A DNA stretch of 64,000 nt from a virus. The position numbers were made by a program, and so were the translations under genes. How positions within the stretch are numbered: position 1 is the first letter of the stretch; each line of letters starts with the position of its first letter. The stretch lies in IMG/VR virus record IMGVR_UViG_3300032093_000042, positions 40,909 through 104,908 of that record; one strand, 5' to 3'. Below, in pieces: positions 19,473 to 30,332 of this stretch. Below the pieces are notes generated by a model, which did no database searches, was not told where the DNA came from, and saw only the letters and a program-made list of their open reading frames with translations.

Positions 19473-22112
19473 ATGAAAATTTTGTTTATAACACCTCACT
19501 TATCTACCGGAGGAGCTCCTCAATACCTTTTAAAAAAAATATTAGAATTGATAAATAACCACGAAATTTATTGTATTGAATATTCAAATATTACAGGAGG
19601 AGTTTTGGTTGTTCAAAGATCACAGATAGAACAATTATTGGGTAATAAACTTATAACTCTGACGGATAATAAAACCGAATTGATCGATCATATAAAAAAT
19701 ATAAATCCGGATATAATTCATTTAGAAGAATTGCCCGAATATTTTTGTGACCGAGAAATATCCAAAAAAATATATACCAATGAACGATCATATAAGATCA
19801 TAGAAACCTCACACGACAGTAGTTTTAATATTTCACAAAAACAATTTTTTCCTGATAGTTTCGTTTTTGTTAGTGAGTATCAAAAAAACATGTTTTCACC
19901 GTTATCTATACCATCTTACGTGGTAGAGTATCCTATATCATATAAAGTAAAAACTGATCGTAATAAATCACTTTTAAATCTCGGATTGGATCCTAATAAA
20001 AAACATTTTCTGAATGTTGGGTTGTTTACTTCTAGAAAAAATCAGTCTGAAATTATTGATTATGCCAGAAAATTATTAGATAAAAACGTACAATTTCATT
20101 TTGTCGGTAACCAAGCGGATAATTTTAAAAGCTATTGGGAACCTTTAATGAAAAGTTTTCCTGCAAATTGTAAATGGTGGGGAGAAAGACGAGACGTTGA
20201 TACGTTTTACAACGCTATGGATGTTTTTATTTTTACTTCAAGAGGACACGCTAACGATAAAGAAACAAGTCCTTTAGTTTTAAGAGAAGCAATTGGTTGG
20301 AATATGCCTATATTGATGTATAATCTACCTGTATACTGTGGGATGTACAATAAATATAAAAATATTACGTGGTTAACTAATGATTTGGAAGATAATCTAT
20401 TTTTAATAAAAAATTTCATATCTGATACCGTTATCAATGAGTCTACCGACCCCAAAACAACATTAGATACATCTGTTAAAATTAATAATTTATTCAACGT
20501 TAAGTTTGAAAATTCAAATAAAATTGTTTTTGAATATTTAAGCGATAAAAATATAGAATGTCACGTTGTTATAAAAGATGTTGATTCAAATATTCCTATC
20601 TATAATTTTAAGAATATTTTTTATAAAAATTCGACATTTTGGACCATTCCTATTCCAACACACGTGTTTGATTTTGAAAAAGAAGATACGTTTCGTGGAT
20701 TTTTAATAGAAATATATGATCTAAATAAAAAAATAATAACGTCTACGGAATTGTATATTGATAAAAATAGAAAGAATGATAAATTTAAATTTAATATAAT
20801 AAATCCTTTTGATTTGTTATTTCACAACTATCTAGAAATGTTTGTGAAAAAAAATTATGATTGTTATGGTATAGATAATTTATCTACAGTTATAGATATA
20901 GGTGCAAACTCAGGATTATTTTCTAAACTGTGTTTTGATAAAAACGCAAAACAAATTTTTGCTATAGAGCCAAACATAAATTGTTTATCAAACTTACGTA
21001 GTATTTTTAACGACGAAAACAGAATTACAATTATTAATAAAGCTATCTCTGACTTTGTGGGGACGGTTGATTTGTATACAAACGATGATTGTACTACGTT
21101 AAGTTCTTTATATAAAGAACACGCTAATACTAATACTTGTACTCAAACCGTAGATTGTACTACTTTGGAAAAAATAGTTAATGATTATAACATTAAACAA
21201 ATATCTCTGCTTAAACTAGACGTAGAAGGAGCCGAGTATTCTATATTAGAAAATCTAAACAAAAATATTTATGATATCACCGATTCAATTTTATTGGAAT
21301 ATCATGACAATAAAGACAAACGTGTTAAAAAGCTAGTGGAAATATTAGAATCACATGGATTTAGTATTTTACAAGTTAGAAATCACAGTAAAAATAACGA
21401 AGATATAATTGACAATTATCTAAATATAGATAATGCAACTATATATGCAAAAAAAGAAAATAAAAAAGAGTTACTAGTTACTGATATAGAATTCCTTAAA
21501 AAAGAAATTGCTAATATAAAAGGAATTTGCCATGTAGGATCTCACGTAGGAGCTGAAGTTAAAGAATATGTTAAAAATGATGTAGATACAATGGTTTGGG
21601 TCGAAGCCAATTATTTAATATTAAATAAATTAATTAATAATACGGCTAAGTTTGGTAAAAAACAATATTGGTTACCGTTTACTCTTTATAATAAAGATGA
21701 TATAATTAAAAATTTTAATATATCAAATAACGAAGAAAGTTCTTCCGTTTTAGAGTTAGGAGAAGAACATAAAAAACAATATCCACACATTCACTATAAT
21801 AATAAAATATCGGTATTGACAAAAAGATTTGATACATATGTCAATAGTCAGACTGATTTTAATTGGAATGATATTAATATGTTAGTAGTAGATTGTCAAG
21901 GATCAGATTTACAGGTTTTAGAAGGATTCGGAGATTTACTACACTCACCTTCGTTAAAGATAATAAAAACAGAAGTAAACATAGGTAATATGTATGAAGG
22001 AAATGCTTCGGAAGAAGATATAGTTAAATATTTGTCAAACTTTAATTTTATTAAAAAGTATTGGTTTTACACATATCATCAGTGGGGCGATATTGTTTTT
22101 GTTAAAAATTAA
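19473..22112 (+). CDS. GT4-like glycosyltransferase fused to two FkbM-like methyltransferase domains
   Basis: MKILFITPHLSTGGAPQ, RKNQ, ETSPLVLREA (GT-B); IDIGANSG..EP..LKLDVEGAE; second HVGSHVG..EAN..VDCQGSDL domain. Confidence 0.85.
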   Translation: MKILFITPHLSTGGAPQYLLKKILELINNHEIYCIEYSNITGGVLVVQRSQIEQLLGNKLITLTDNKTELIDHIKNINPDIIHLEELPEYFCDREISKKIYTNERSYKIIETSHDSSFNISQKQFFPDSFVFVSEYQKNMFSPLSIPSYVVEYPISYKVKTDRNKSLLNLGLDPNKKHFLNVGLFTSRKNQSEIIDYARKLLDKNVQFHFVGNQADNFKSYWEPLMKSFPANCKWWGERRDVDTFYNAMDVFIFTSRGHANDKETSPLVLREAIGWNMPILMYNLPVYCGMYNKYKNITWLTNDLEDNLFLIKNFISDTVINESTDPKTTLDTSVKINNLFNVKFENSNKIVFEYLSDKNIECHVVIKDVDSNIPIYNFKNIFYKNSTFWTIPIPTHVFDFEKEDTFRGFLIEIYDLNKKIITSTELYIDKNRKNDKFKFNIINPFDLLFHNYLEMFVKKNYDCYGIDNLSTVIDIGANSGLFSKLCFDKNAKQIFAIEPNINCLSNLRSIFNDENRITIINKAISDFVGTVDLYTNDDCTTLSSLYKEHANTNTCTQTVDCTTLEKIVNDYNIKQISLLKLDVEGAEYSILENLNKNIYDITDSILLEYHDNKDKRVKKLVEILESHGFSILQVRNHSKNNEDIIDNYLNIDNATIYAKKENKKELLVTDIEFLKKEIANIKGICHVGSHVGAEVKEYVKNDVDTMVWVEANYLILNKLINNTAKFGKKQYWLPFTLYNKDDIIKNFNISNNEESSSVLELGEEHKKQYPHIHYNNKISVLTKRFDTYVNSQTDFNWNDINMLVVDCQGSDLQVLEGFGDLLHSPSLKIIKTEVNIGNMYEGNASEEDIVKYLSNFNFIKKYWFYTYHQWGDIVFVKN

Positions 22113-22116
22113 TCAT

Positions 22117-23832
22117 ATGAAATTAAGCGTAATAATACCGTGTTATAAATTTGAAGAGTACATAGAGGAATGTGTAAATTCTGTACTTAATCAACAAGTT
22201 GATTTTGAATATGAAATAATAGTTAGGGATGATGGTTCTAATGATAACACTTACAATATTATTCATAGTAAATTTTCTCATTTAAAAAATTTGAAATTGT
22301 TGGATAACAGTGTTAATTACGGCGTTTCTCACAATCCAATCATTCTTAATAAAGAATGTAAAGGCGAATACGTATTTTATATAGATGGAGACGATTATCT
22401 TACAGATATAAATTATTTTCAAAGAGCCGTTAGTTTTTTAGACAATAATAAACAATATGTAGTCTATTCTTCTGGATGTAAGTATAAACAAAATGATAAA
22501 ATATTTCCAGAAACACACTGGGTTTGTAGTTCTTTAAAGATTGTTAAATTGAAAGATCTGCTTATAACAAATTATATTTGTTTTGGTAGAGTGTATAGAA
22601 GATTAGAAATAAATACAATGGATAAATTTTTGAATTATCCATATCCCGATTGGATTTTTAATTTTGAACTTTTAAAAAACGGCGATGGTTATTGTGATAA
22701 TGATAAATGTGTTGGAATTTATAGGTTTAGAGAGTCGTGTGTATTTAGTACTAAAACCGATGAGGAAAAAAATGTTAATAATGAAATAATAAAAAGAGAA
22801 TTAGAACGTAGATATGTACATCATGTAAATAAAACTATTACTATAATTGATAGTTTTGTTCATAACGATGCTATCAAAAATAAACTAAGTAATACTTTAA
22901 ATTGGATGAAAGAAGATGGACACGAAGTACTCTTAGTTTCTAATACTCTTATAGACATAAACATTATAAACGGAGTTAAATATTATTTATATGATAGTAA
23001 TAATAACCTGTTTAGTGATACCTATACTAATTTACCGTATTTAGATACTTGGAAATTAATTGGTAATATGGAATGTCACGATATATCTTATAGTCTCCAA
23101 AAACACGGTTTATCTGTATTAATAAATTTATTTAATTCTTTAATGTATGCTAAAAATTTGGGCTATACACATTTTCAAAGATTTGAAGTTGACGATTTGT
23201 ACGGACCAAACTCTAGAAAATATATAAAAAATATTCCATTAGAATGTTTTTTTCAAAATAAAAAAGGATTATTTTATTACAATGATAATAATAATCCACC
23301 GGACATATCTTTTCACTATTTCTATTGTGAAATAGACTATTTTTTAAATAAAATTAAAAAAATAACATGTGAATTAGATTATAAAAATTATTTACATGAA
23401 ATTTATAATAATAATGATTTTAAAATAGTAGAAGTTTTTATATACGATTATCTTAAAAAAAATAAAGACGATGAAATTTTAAAAAAATCCGGTGGAGATC
23501 AAATGAAAAATGATTTTAAAGATACCATATGGAATACTGAAACCTCGGTATCTAATTACGACAGTAAATATAGAGGATGTACCACAAGATTGTATAAATA
23601 CAAAGATGAATATATATTACTAACATATAATTATACACCCAACGAAATTAAAAGATTTATAAAAGTAGAATTTACGGATAATACAACTACATATATTAAT
23701 CACACGGTTTCTTGTATACATGCTTGGAATTTTAATAATTTGAGCAAAAATACAAAAAAAATAGATGTTTATCAAAACGATATTTTGTTGTATACTGAAA
23801 AAACAGAAGATGTAAGTAGTTATATAAATTAA
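22117..23832 (+). CDS. GT2 glycosyltransferase with C-terminal domain of unknown function
   Basis: MKLSVIIPCY, DDGSND, IDGDDY (DxD); start moved to ATG 22117. Confidence 0.85.
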   Translation: MKLSVIIPCYKFEEYIEECVNSVLNQQVDFEYEIIVRDDGSNDNTYNIIHSKFSHLKNLKLLDNSVNYGVSHNPIILNKECKGEYVFYIDGDDYLTDINYFQRAVSFLDNNKQYVVYSSGCKYKQNDKIFPETHWVCSSLKIVKLKDLLITNYICFGRVYRRLEINTMDKFLNYPYPDWIFNFELLKNGDGYCDNDKCVGIYRFRESCVFSTKTDEEKNVNNEIIKRELERRYVHHVNKTITIIDSFVHNDAIKNKLSNTLNWMKEDGHEVLLVSNTLIDINIINGVKYYLYDSNNNLFSDTYTNLPYLDTWKLIGNMECHDISYSLQKHGLSVLINLFNSLMYAKNLGYTHFQRFEVDDLYGPNSRKYIKNIPLECFFQNKKGLFYYNDNNNPPDISFHYFYCEIDYFLNKIKKITCELDYKNYLHEIYNNNDFKIVEVFIYDYLKKNKDDEILKKSGGDQMKNDFKDTIWNTETSVSNYDSKYRGCTTRLYKYKDEYILLTYNYTPNEIKRFIKVEFTDNTTTYINHTVSCIHAWNFNNLSKNTKKIDVYQNDILLYTEKTEDVSSYIN

Positions 23833-23848
23833 AAAATTGATATTTAAA

Positions 23849-25972
23849 ATGAAAATTGTACAAGTACATCCAGGCATTTTACCAATTCCACCAAATGGTT
23901 GGGGGGCGGTTGAAAAAATTATATGGGAATATAAAAAAGCTTTTGAGAAAATGGGTCATGTATGTGACATTTTATATTTAAATGATATAGATCCATCTAA
24001 ATATGATGTAATACACGTACACGTTGCAAATTTAGCAATTATGCTTCGTAATAAAAATATTCCTTATTTTTTTACATGTCACGATCACCACGCTTTTTTG
24101 TATACAAAAGAAAGTAATGTTTTTAAAGAAAATTACGAAGCCGCTAAATATTCTTTGAAGACTTTTGTACCAGCAAAGTATTTGGTTGAATATTTTGATT
24201 TAAAAAACGTTTTATATTTAAGTCACGGTGTAAATAACGAATTTTTTAAACCGTCACAAAATAATTTTAACACACATCGTTTGTTATGTGTTGCTAATAA
24301 CGGTATAGCTCACGATAAATCGTATGATAGAAAAGGATTTTCATATGCTATACATGCAGCTGAGAAATTAAATTTACCTATTACCATAGCAGGTCCAGAA
24401 AATAATAAACATTTTTTTAAAAAATTCAATTCCGACTATGAAAAATTAACTTTAAAATTTAATTTAAACGAACAAGAATTATTAAAAGAGTACCAATCAC
24501 ATTCAATATTTTTACATTTATCAGATTTGGAAGCTGGTCATCCAAATTTAACTTTGTTGGAATCAATTGGGTGTGGATTACCAATAGTAGGAACATACGA
24601 AAAAAATAACGAATTGGAAGGTTTGTATAAAGTTGAAAGAGACGTTGACTGTATTGTTAATGGCATCAATTATGTCATTGCTAATTATGAACAATTTAAA
24701 AATAAATGTTTATTTACATCAAAAATTAAAAGTTGGGATAATATTGTAATGAATTTAATTAACATATATAACAATCAAACGATGGCTACACAATTGGTGG
24801 ACATATACAATAATACAGAAATAACTTATAAGTCTCCAATTAATCCGATTGAAATCAAAAACGAATTTGTTTTTGATTTCAATAATGGACCAAAAGTAGA
24901 AATATTAGGATCAATCACGAAAAAATATAATATAAAAATGAAAGATCTTAATTCAAGTCAAATATTATATGAAACCGATATCACCAATAATATGTGGTGT
25001 GTAGCTAGTAAAAAATATTATATTCCGTGGAGAATTGAAATAAAAGATATAGAAACAAATGAAATTTTTATATACGATCTTAATTTAGAAAATAAAAATG
25101 TTAAAATAATAAACGAGTCTCCTTCACTTGGAGATTATATATCGTGGATTTCTTATATTGATAAATTTCAGAAAACTCATAAGTGTATAGTTGATATATA
25201 CACACCAAATAAAAATATATTTAAAGACTCATATCCAAATTTAAATTTTTATAATTATAATCAAAATTTAAATAGTAATTATTTTGCTACATATAGAATA
25301 GGTTGTTTTGACCCATCCGACAGAAATTTATCACCTAAAGATTATAGAGAACAAAACTTACAAGAAATTTCGGCAAATATTCTTGGTTTTGATTACGTAG
25401 AAATAACTCCTAGTATAATTGTGAACAACACTACACGTAAACTTGATGAAAAATACGTATGTATTTCTACTGCATCAACGTCAGGTTGTAAACATTGGCA
25501 ATATGACGGTGGATGGCAAAAAACTGTAGATTATTTGAATAAAATCGGATATAAAGTAGTTGTCATTCAAAAAGAACCGTTAAATTACATGGATTTAAAA
25601 AATTTATATAATGTGGTTCATCCAAAAACAGAAAATATCAATGATGCGATAAATTGGCTTTATAACTGCGAATTTTTTATAGGATTGAGTTCGGGTATTA
25701 GTTGGCTTGCTTGGGCATTACGTAAACCTGTAATTTTAATAAGCGGATTTACTAAAACTTTCAATGAGTTTTCCACTCCTTATAGATTAATAAACGAGTC
25801 GGTTTGTAACGGTTGTTGGAACAATAGTTTGTACAAATTAGACGGAGGAGATTGGAATTGGTGTCCTGTTAATAAAAATACAAAAGATCACTTTATATGT
25901 ACTAAAACTATAACTCCCGATCAAGTAATTGATACAATCAATAAATTAACGGTTGATAAAAATTTGTTATAA
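23849..25972 (+). CDS. GT4 glycosyltransferase fused to TibC/Aah-type protein O-heptosyltransferase
   Basis: N-terminal IPPNGWGAVE..EAGHPNLTLLE (GT4); C-terminal FN.GPKVEI, SLGD.ISW, YVCIST.ST..CKHW...GW, FIGLSSGISWLAWA..PVILISGF...EF.TPYR, CNGCW..WCP..C iron-finger pattern. Confidence 0.85.
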   Translation: MKIVQVHPGILPIPPNGWGAVEKIIWEYKKAFEKMGHVCDILYLNDIDPSKYDVIHVHVANLAIMLRNKNIPYFFTCHDHHAFLYTKESNVFKENYEAAKYSLKTFVPAKYLVEYFDLKNVLYLSHGVNNEFFKPSQNNFNTHRLLCVANNGIAHDKSYDRKGFSYAIHAAEKLNLPITIAGPENNKHFFKKFNSDYEKLTLKFNLNEQELLKEYQSHSIFLHLSDLEAGHPNLTLLESIGCGLPIVGTYEKNNELEGLYKVERDVDCIVNGINYVIANYEQFKNKCLFTSKIKSWDNIVMNLINIYNNQTMATQLVDIYNNTEITYKSPINPIEIKNEFVFDFNNGPKVEILGSITKKYNIKMKDLNSSQILYETDITNNMWCVASKKYYIPWRIEIKDIETNEIFIYDLNLENKNVKIINESPSLGDYISWISYIDKFQKTHKCIVDIYTPNKNIFKDSYPNLNFYNYNQNLNSNYFATYRIGCFDPSDRNLSPKDYREQNLQEISANILGFDYVEITPSIIVNNTTRKLDEKYVCISTASTSGCKHWQYDGGWQKTVDYLNKIGYKVVVIQKEPLNYMDLKNLYNVVHPKTENINDAINWLYNCEFFIGLSSGISWLAWALRKPVILISGFTKTFNEFSTPYRLINESVCNGCWNNSLYKLDGGDWNWCPVNKNTKDHFICTKTITPDQVIDTINKLTVDKNLL

Positions 25973-26062
25973 AATAAAAAAAGATATAATAAATAGTTTA
26001 ATCTTCCTTTTTTTATTTTATATTTATTGATTAAATATAACTTTTGAAAGGATATTAACATT

Positions 26063-29000
26063 ATGCCAATACAAGAAGGAGGCACATTTGCCCCAACACA
26101 AAATATAGTAAGTCCAGGCGTTTTTACCAGAGAAAACGATCTGTCGGGTTTAGCACAAGGAGTCGCTAACATCGGTGGTGCTATAGTAGCACCATTTTCT
26201 GACGGGCCCGCATTTTTCCCAGCAACTTTAACAGATGTAGCTACATTAGAAAATCGTTTCGGTGTTGCTGACGGTGTATATTACGGTCCATATACAGCAA
26301 AAGAATATCTACAACAACAAGGCATTGTCACAGTTGTTCGTGTAGGTGGTTTAACTGGTTACTGGCAAAAGAATCCATTACTTGTTTATGCACAACCAGG
26401 TACGTGGAATCGTGGATCAGATGCCGGTGCTATTACAACCGCATCATTCATGTATTTGGACGATACAAATTATACTACCAATATTAATTATCAACAAAGT
26501 AGTTCTGTATTAATATCTTCTGGAAGTAACAATACAGTTGTCGGAAAAAATAATTTTATTGGATTATCCGGTAAAATTACAGTAACCAAAGCCACTACAA
26601 GTGAAATTAGTTTATTTTTATTAAATAATATCAATGGTTTGCCATATTATTCAACACTTTCAAGTTCCTTGGCTACTTCAGCCAGTTTAGGTAAAGTATT
26701 AAAAATCACCACCACTGATTATTATAATGCATTTACCGCTTCTGTACAAAGACGCAATTTTACGGTAGGTAAAACAACTAACTATAGTTTGGCAAATTTT
26801 GATTTCCAAAAATCACGTTTTTCAGGATCTATTTCATCTAGCGCAACTACGTATTCATTGGTATTTGATACAAATACATTTGGTAATATTTCTGGTTCTC
26901 AAAATACTGCTCCTAGATCATCTACTCATCCGTATTACAGTTATTTGACTGCTTCATATACATTAATCGGAAATACCGTTGTATATGGATTAGTTTTTGC
27001 TAAATGTCCATCATCTCAAACTACTAATTTTTCAACGGCTAATTATAATTTGGCTAAGTCTACAGGTAGTTATGAATTCCGCGTTGATAATTCAAGAATA
27101 TCTCTTAGCGGTTCAATCAATGTGAAATTTGGATCCGTAGCAGCTACAAGTTTAGTAAATGCTGGATCGACTGATGGCACAGGAACATTAAGTGGCAGTG
27201 TTTTATACGCTGACCAACAATTAAATATAGGCGGAATCGGTCCTATTTTATTTACCAAGAAAGGCGCTCCATCGAATGCACAATATCCATATTATTATTT
27301 AACTTCAAGTGTACAAGCACAAGATGTAAGTGCAGAAACTGCAATTTCTACAGCGTTCGCTGAAAGTACTGCTACAAGTGTATTATTTAGTAGTTCTTAT
27401 TTTAACGATACTAGTATTGGATATAATAGAGACGTGTTAAATGTTTCTAGTGGAAACGTTCAATTACTAAGCGGTAGTGTTGCTTCTGTTCGTGGATCAG
27501 GAACATGCGTTGCTGGTTTACAGTTAAAAGGTGTAATTAGCGGTAATTATGGTAAATATACAGGAACATTTACGCCAGACGGAACAAATAGTAATGACCC
27601 ATGTAATCCAAATACTTCAGGTCGTCAAAATATGATTTTGGCAGTATTGGCTAACACTCAAAATGCTTCTGCTCAATTTAGCAGTGATTACGAGGTATAT
27701 GGATTCAATAACACTACATTATCACAACTAACTAGTTCAACATTCCCATATAAGAATTTGATCAATCCAAACGAAAACGTTTATAATTTGGCTTTAAGAT
27801 ATAACTTTACAAATCCAAATGGCAGCGTTTCTTCTGGTACATACGGATATTACGATTTCAGTCTAAATGAAAATGATAATAACTATATTAAAGACGTATT
27901 TGGAGTTGATCCAACAGTTGGTAATCCTGATAAACAAATTGCTGGTCAAAAAGTTGAAGCTGCTTACAACTACGTTCTATTTGAAGATAGTATCAAGAAG
28001 TTCGTTGCTGAAAAAACCAGTAATTTGGGTTGGAAATTGCAAGTTGGTACAAATAGTATATCCGGAAGTACAATTGTGGGTGAACCACTTAAATTTGTAG
28101 ATCAATATAGTACAAATTTAAACGCCGGTGATAGTCAATTCAGTATCACCAACGCAACTACTCCTTGGATCTATTCACAGAAGATAGCTCCATTTAAAGG
28201 TAGTGCGGCTGAATCTCCGGAACCAACAAAATTCCAATTATTCAGAGTACATACTTTGAGCGACGGTACATTAAGTAATAAAAAATTTAAGATTGAAATT
28301 AGTAATGTTAAATTAGCAGGTACCGTACCTGGCAGCGATTGGGGCAGTTTCACATTAGCAGTACGTGCTTATAGTGATACCGATAAGAAGCCTAAGTATC
28401 TTGAAATTTTCCAAAATTGTAATTTGGATCCAGAATCAGCAAACTATGTAGCACGTAAAGTAGGCGATAGATATGCTTATATTACCTACGCTGGTAAAAT
28501 CATTCAATTTGGAGATTTTGTTAACTTAAGCAGATATATTAGAATTGAAATGGCCGATACTTCATATCCGGTTAGTTCAGTACCATACGGATTTGAATCA
28601 TATAGTACTCCGATTGATAGTACAGCTAGTATTTATGTTCCTTACATTCAATATAGTAAGGCAAGTATCTATGGTTTAGCTCCAGGTAAATATCCTTCTG
28701 GTACAGTGTTTGGAGGTGTACCACAAACGGACGATGAAATTCAATCTCTATATCCTACATCATCATTTGGTGTCGGTGTAGAAAATAATACACACCAATA
28801 CTTTAATCCACTACCTTACTACGGCAATACAGATTCAAATGGTCTAAATATAGACTTTGATCTAGAAGATAAAGTTTGGGGAACAAGTACTGCTAAATAC
28901 TATGCTCAAGGTACTTCTGCAAGTACAGGTTCTTTATTAGCACCAAGTTTAAGTGGTAGTATTCCAAGTACCTATGACGCCGTTAATGAAAGTACGTATG

Positions 29001-30007
29001 TTAAACTACGTAAGTTCGTTGTTGGTTTCCAAGGTGGATTTGATGGTCAATGGCCAGCAATTCCTATCAACGTAGGTAGTGCTATTACGCCAGGTAATAC
29101 ACAAGGTCTAGACTGTACAAATATCAACAGTCCAGGTAGTATTGCTTATAAACAATGTATTGCTGCTCTAGGTAATGCCGATGAATTTGATATCAACTTG
29201 ATTGTATTACCTGGTATCTTCCGTGAGATGCACAGTTATGTTACCGAATTGGTAATTGATATGTGTGAAACTCGCCAAGATTGTTTCTATATCATGGATA
29301 ATGTGGTGTTCCCAGCAAGCAATCAAACCGTAGGATTGATTGATGCAGCAGTAAATACTGTAGCTACAGTTGATAGTAATTATGTAGGTACTTATTATCC
29401 GTGGGTTAAGATCCTAGATACCAATACCAATAAGATTATTAGTGTACCACCTTCAGTTGTATTACCAGCGGTTTATGCTGCTAATGATAATGCTGCCGCT
29501 GAATGGTACGCTCCAGCCGGTTTAAACCGTGGTGGTATTCCTCAAGCAGTACAAGTACTTGATAGAGTAACACACAGCGAACGTGATACACTCTATGAAG
29601 GTCGTGTAAATCCAATCGCAGCATTCCCTGGCCAGGGTATCTGTGTATGGGGTCAAAAGACTCTTCAAATCGCTCCAAGTGCTTTGGATCGTATCAATGT
29701 ACGTCGTTTGTTGATCAACTTGAAGAAGTTTATCGCGAGCTCAAGCAACTACTTGGTATTCGAACAAAACGTAGCTGCTACACGTAACAGATTCTTGAGT
29801 ATCGTAACTCCATATTTGGAATCTGTACAACAACGTAACGGTATTTACGCATTCCAAGTCAAGATGGATGAAACTAATAATACACCCGATTTGATAGATA
29901 GAAATATTCTATATGGTCAAATCTATATTCAACCAACTCGTACTGCTGAATTTATTATACTCGATTTCAACATACTTCCTACAGGAGGGGCTAGTTTTAA
30001 TGTTTGA
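26063..30007 (+). CDS. gp18: Tail sheath protein with large Ser/Thr-rich insertion domains
   Basis: VSPGVFTREND N-terminus; YYPWV, VPPS, WYAPAGLNRG, VNPI, WGQKTL, RINVRRL, FEQN, PTRTAEFI C-terminal sheath motifs. Confidence 0.95.
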   Translation: MPIQEGGTFAPTQNIVSPGVFTRENDLSGLAQGVANIGGAIVAPFSDGPAFFPATLTDVATLENRFGVADGVYYGPYTAKEYLQQQGIVTVVRVGGLTGYWQKNPLLVYAQPGTWNRGSDAGAITTASFMYLDDTNYTTNINYQQSSSVLISSGSNNTVVGKNNFIGLSGKITVTKATTSEISLFLLNNINGLPYYSTLSSSLATSASLGKVLKITTTDYYNAFTASVQRRNFTVGKTTNYSLANFDFQKSRFSGSISSSATTYSLVFDTNTFGNISGSQNTAPRSSTHPYYSYLTASYTLIGNTVVYGLVFAKCPSSQTTNFSTANYNLAKSTGSYEFRVDNSRISLSGSINVKFGSVAATSLVNAGSTDGTGTLSGSVLYADQQLNIGGIGPILFTKKGAPSNAQYPYYYLTSSVQAQDVSAETAISTAFAESTATSVLFSSSYFNDTSIGYNRDVLNVSSGNVQLLSGSVASVRGSGTCVAGLQLKGVISGNYGKYTGTFTPDGTNSNDPCNPNTSGRQNMILAVLANTQNASAQFSSDYEVYGFNNTTLSQLTSSTFPYKNLINPNENVYNLALRYNFTNPNGSVSSGTYGYYDFSLNENDNNYIKDVFGVDPTVGNPDKQIAGQKVEAAYNYVLFEDSIKKFVAEKTSNLGWKLQVGTNSISGSTIVGEPLKFVDQYSTNLNAGDSQFSITNATTPWIYSQKIAPFKGSAAESPEPTKFQLFRVHTLSDGTLSNKKFKIEISNVKLAGTVPGSDWGSFTLAVRAYSDTDKKPKYLEIFQNCNLDPESANYVARKVGDRYAYITYAGKIIQFGDFVNLSRYIRIEMADTSYPVSSVPYGFESYSTPIDSTASIYVPYIQYSKASIYGLAPGKYPSGTVFGGVPQTDDEIQSLYPTSSFGVGVENNTHQYFNPLPYYGNTDSNGLNIDFDLEDKVWGTSTAKYYAQGTSASTGSLLAPSLSGSIPSTYDAVNESTYVKLRKFVVGFQGGFDGQWPAIPINVGSAITPGNTQGLDCTNINSPGSIAYKQCIAALGNADEFDINLIVLPGIFREMHSYVTELVIDMCETRQDCFYIMDNVVFPASNQTVGLIDAAVNTVATVDSNYVGTYYPWVKILDTNTNKIISVPPSVVLPAVYAANDNAAAEWYAPAGLNRGGIPQAVQVLDRVTHSERDTLYEGRVNPIAAFPGQGICVWGQKTLQIAPSALDRINVRRLLINLKKFIASSSNYLVFEQNVAATRNRFLSIVTPYLESVQQRNGIYAFQVKMDETNNTPDLIDRNILYGQIYIQPTRTAEFIILDFNILPTGGASFNV

Positions 30008-30022
30008 TAATAAATAATTCAC

Positions 30023-30053
30023 AAAACCTCGCTTAGAAATAAGCGAGGTTTTT
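30023..30053 (+). terminator. Rho-independent terminator after sheath gene
   Basis: AAAACCTCGCTTA-GAAA-TAAGCGAGGTTTTT perfect hairpin with T tract. Confidence 0.9.
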
Positions 30054-30111
30054 GTTTTAATTTTTTGGTTAGTCGGTTAATATTTATTAAATATCATATT
30101 AACTCTGTATT

Positions 30112-30316
30112 AATTTATATAAACAAATTGGTATGTCATTTGTAGATAACACTACGTCTGGATATCACTATTTTCATAAAAACAAAGGAGTACCAATTGA
30201 AAGAAAAACTTGAAAAATTTGATATTAATTTAAGTGAATGGCAAAATATGCAAATTAATGGTTATGATAGAATATGGGACTGTGGACATATGAAATTTGA
30301 ATGGAAACGTAATTAA
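30112..30316 (+). pseudogene. Remnant (C-terminus) of a Hef-like homing endonuclease gene
   Basis: NLYKQIGMSFVDNTTSGYHYF..PIER, then in another frame KEKLEKFDINLSEWQNMQINGYDRIWDCGHMKFEW*; no N-terminal part; orphan TATTTATT box at 30081-30088. Confidence 0.7.
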
Positions 30317-30320
30317 TACA

Positions 30321-30328
30321 TATTTATA
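30321..30328 (+). promoter_or_regulatory. Putative late promoter box TATTTATA
   Basis: 4 nt upstream of ATG 30333. Confidence 0.6.
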
Positions 30329-30332
30329 TAAT

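Noticed and set aside
30297-30332. Upstream TTG start given in the ORF track for 30297..30635
   Set aside because: Overlaps the endonuclease remnant; ATG 30333 fits the promoter spacing and N-terminal tag
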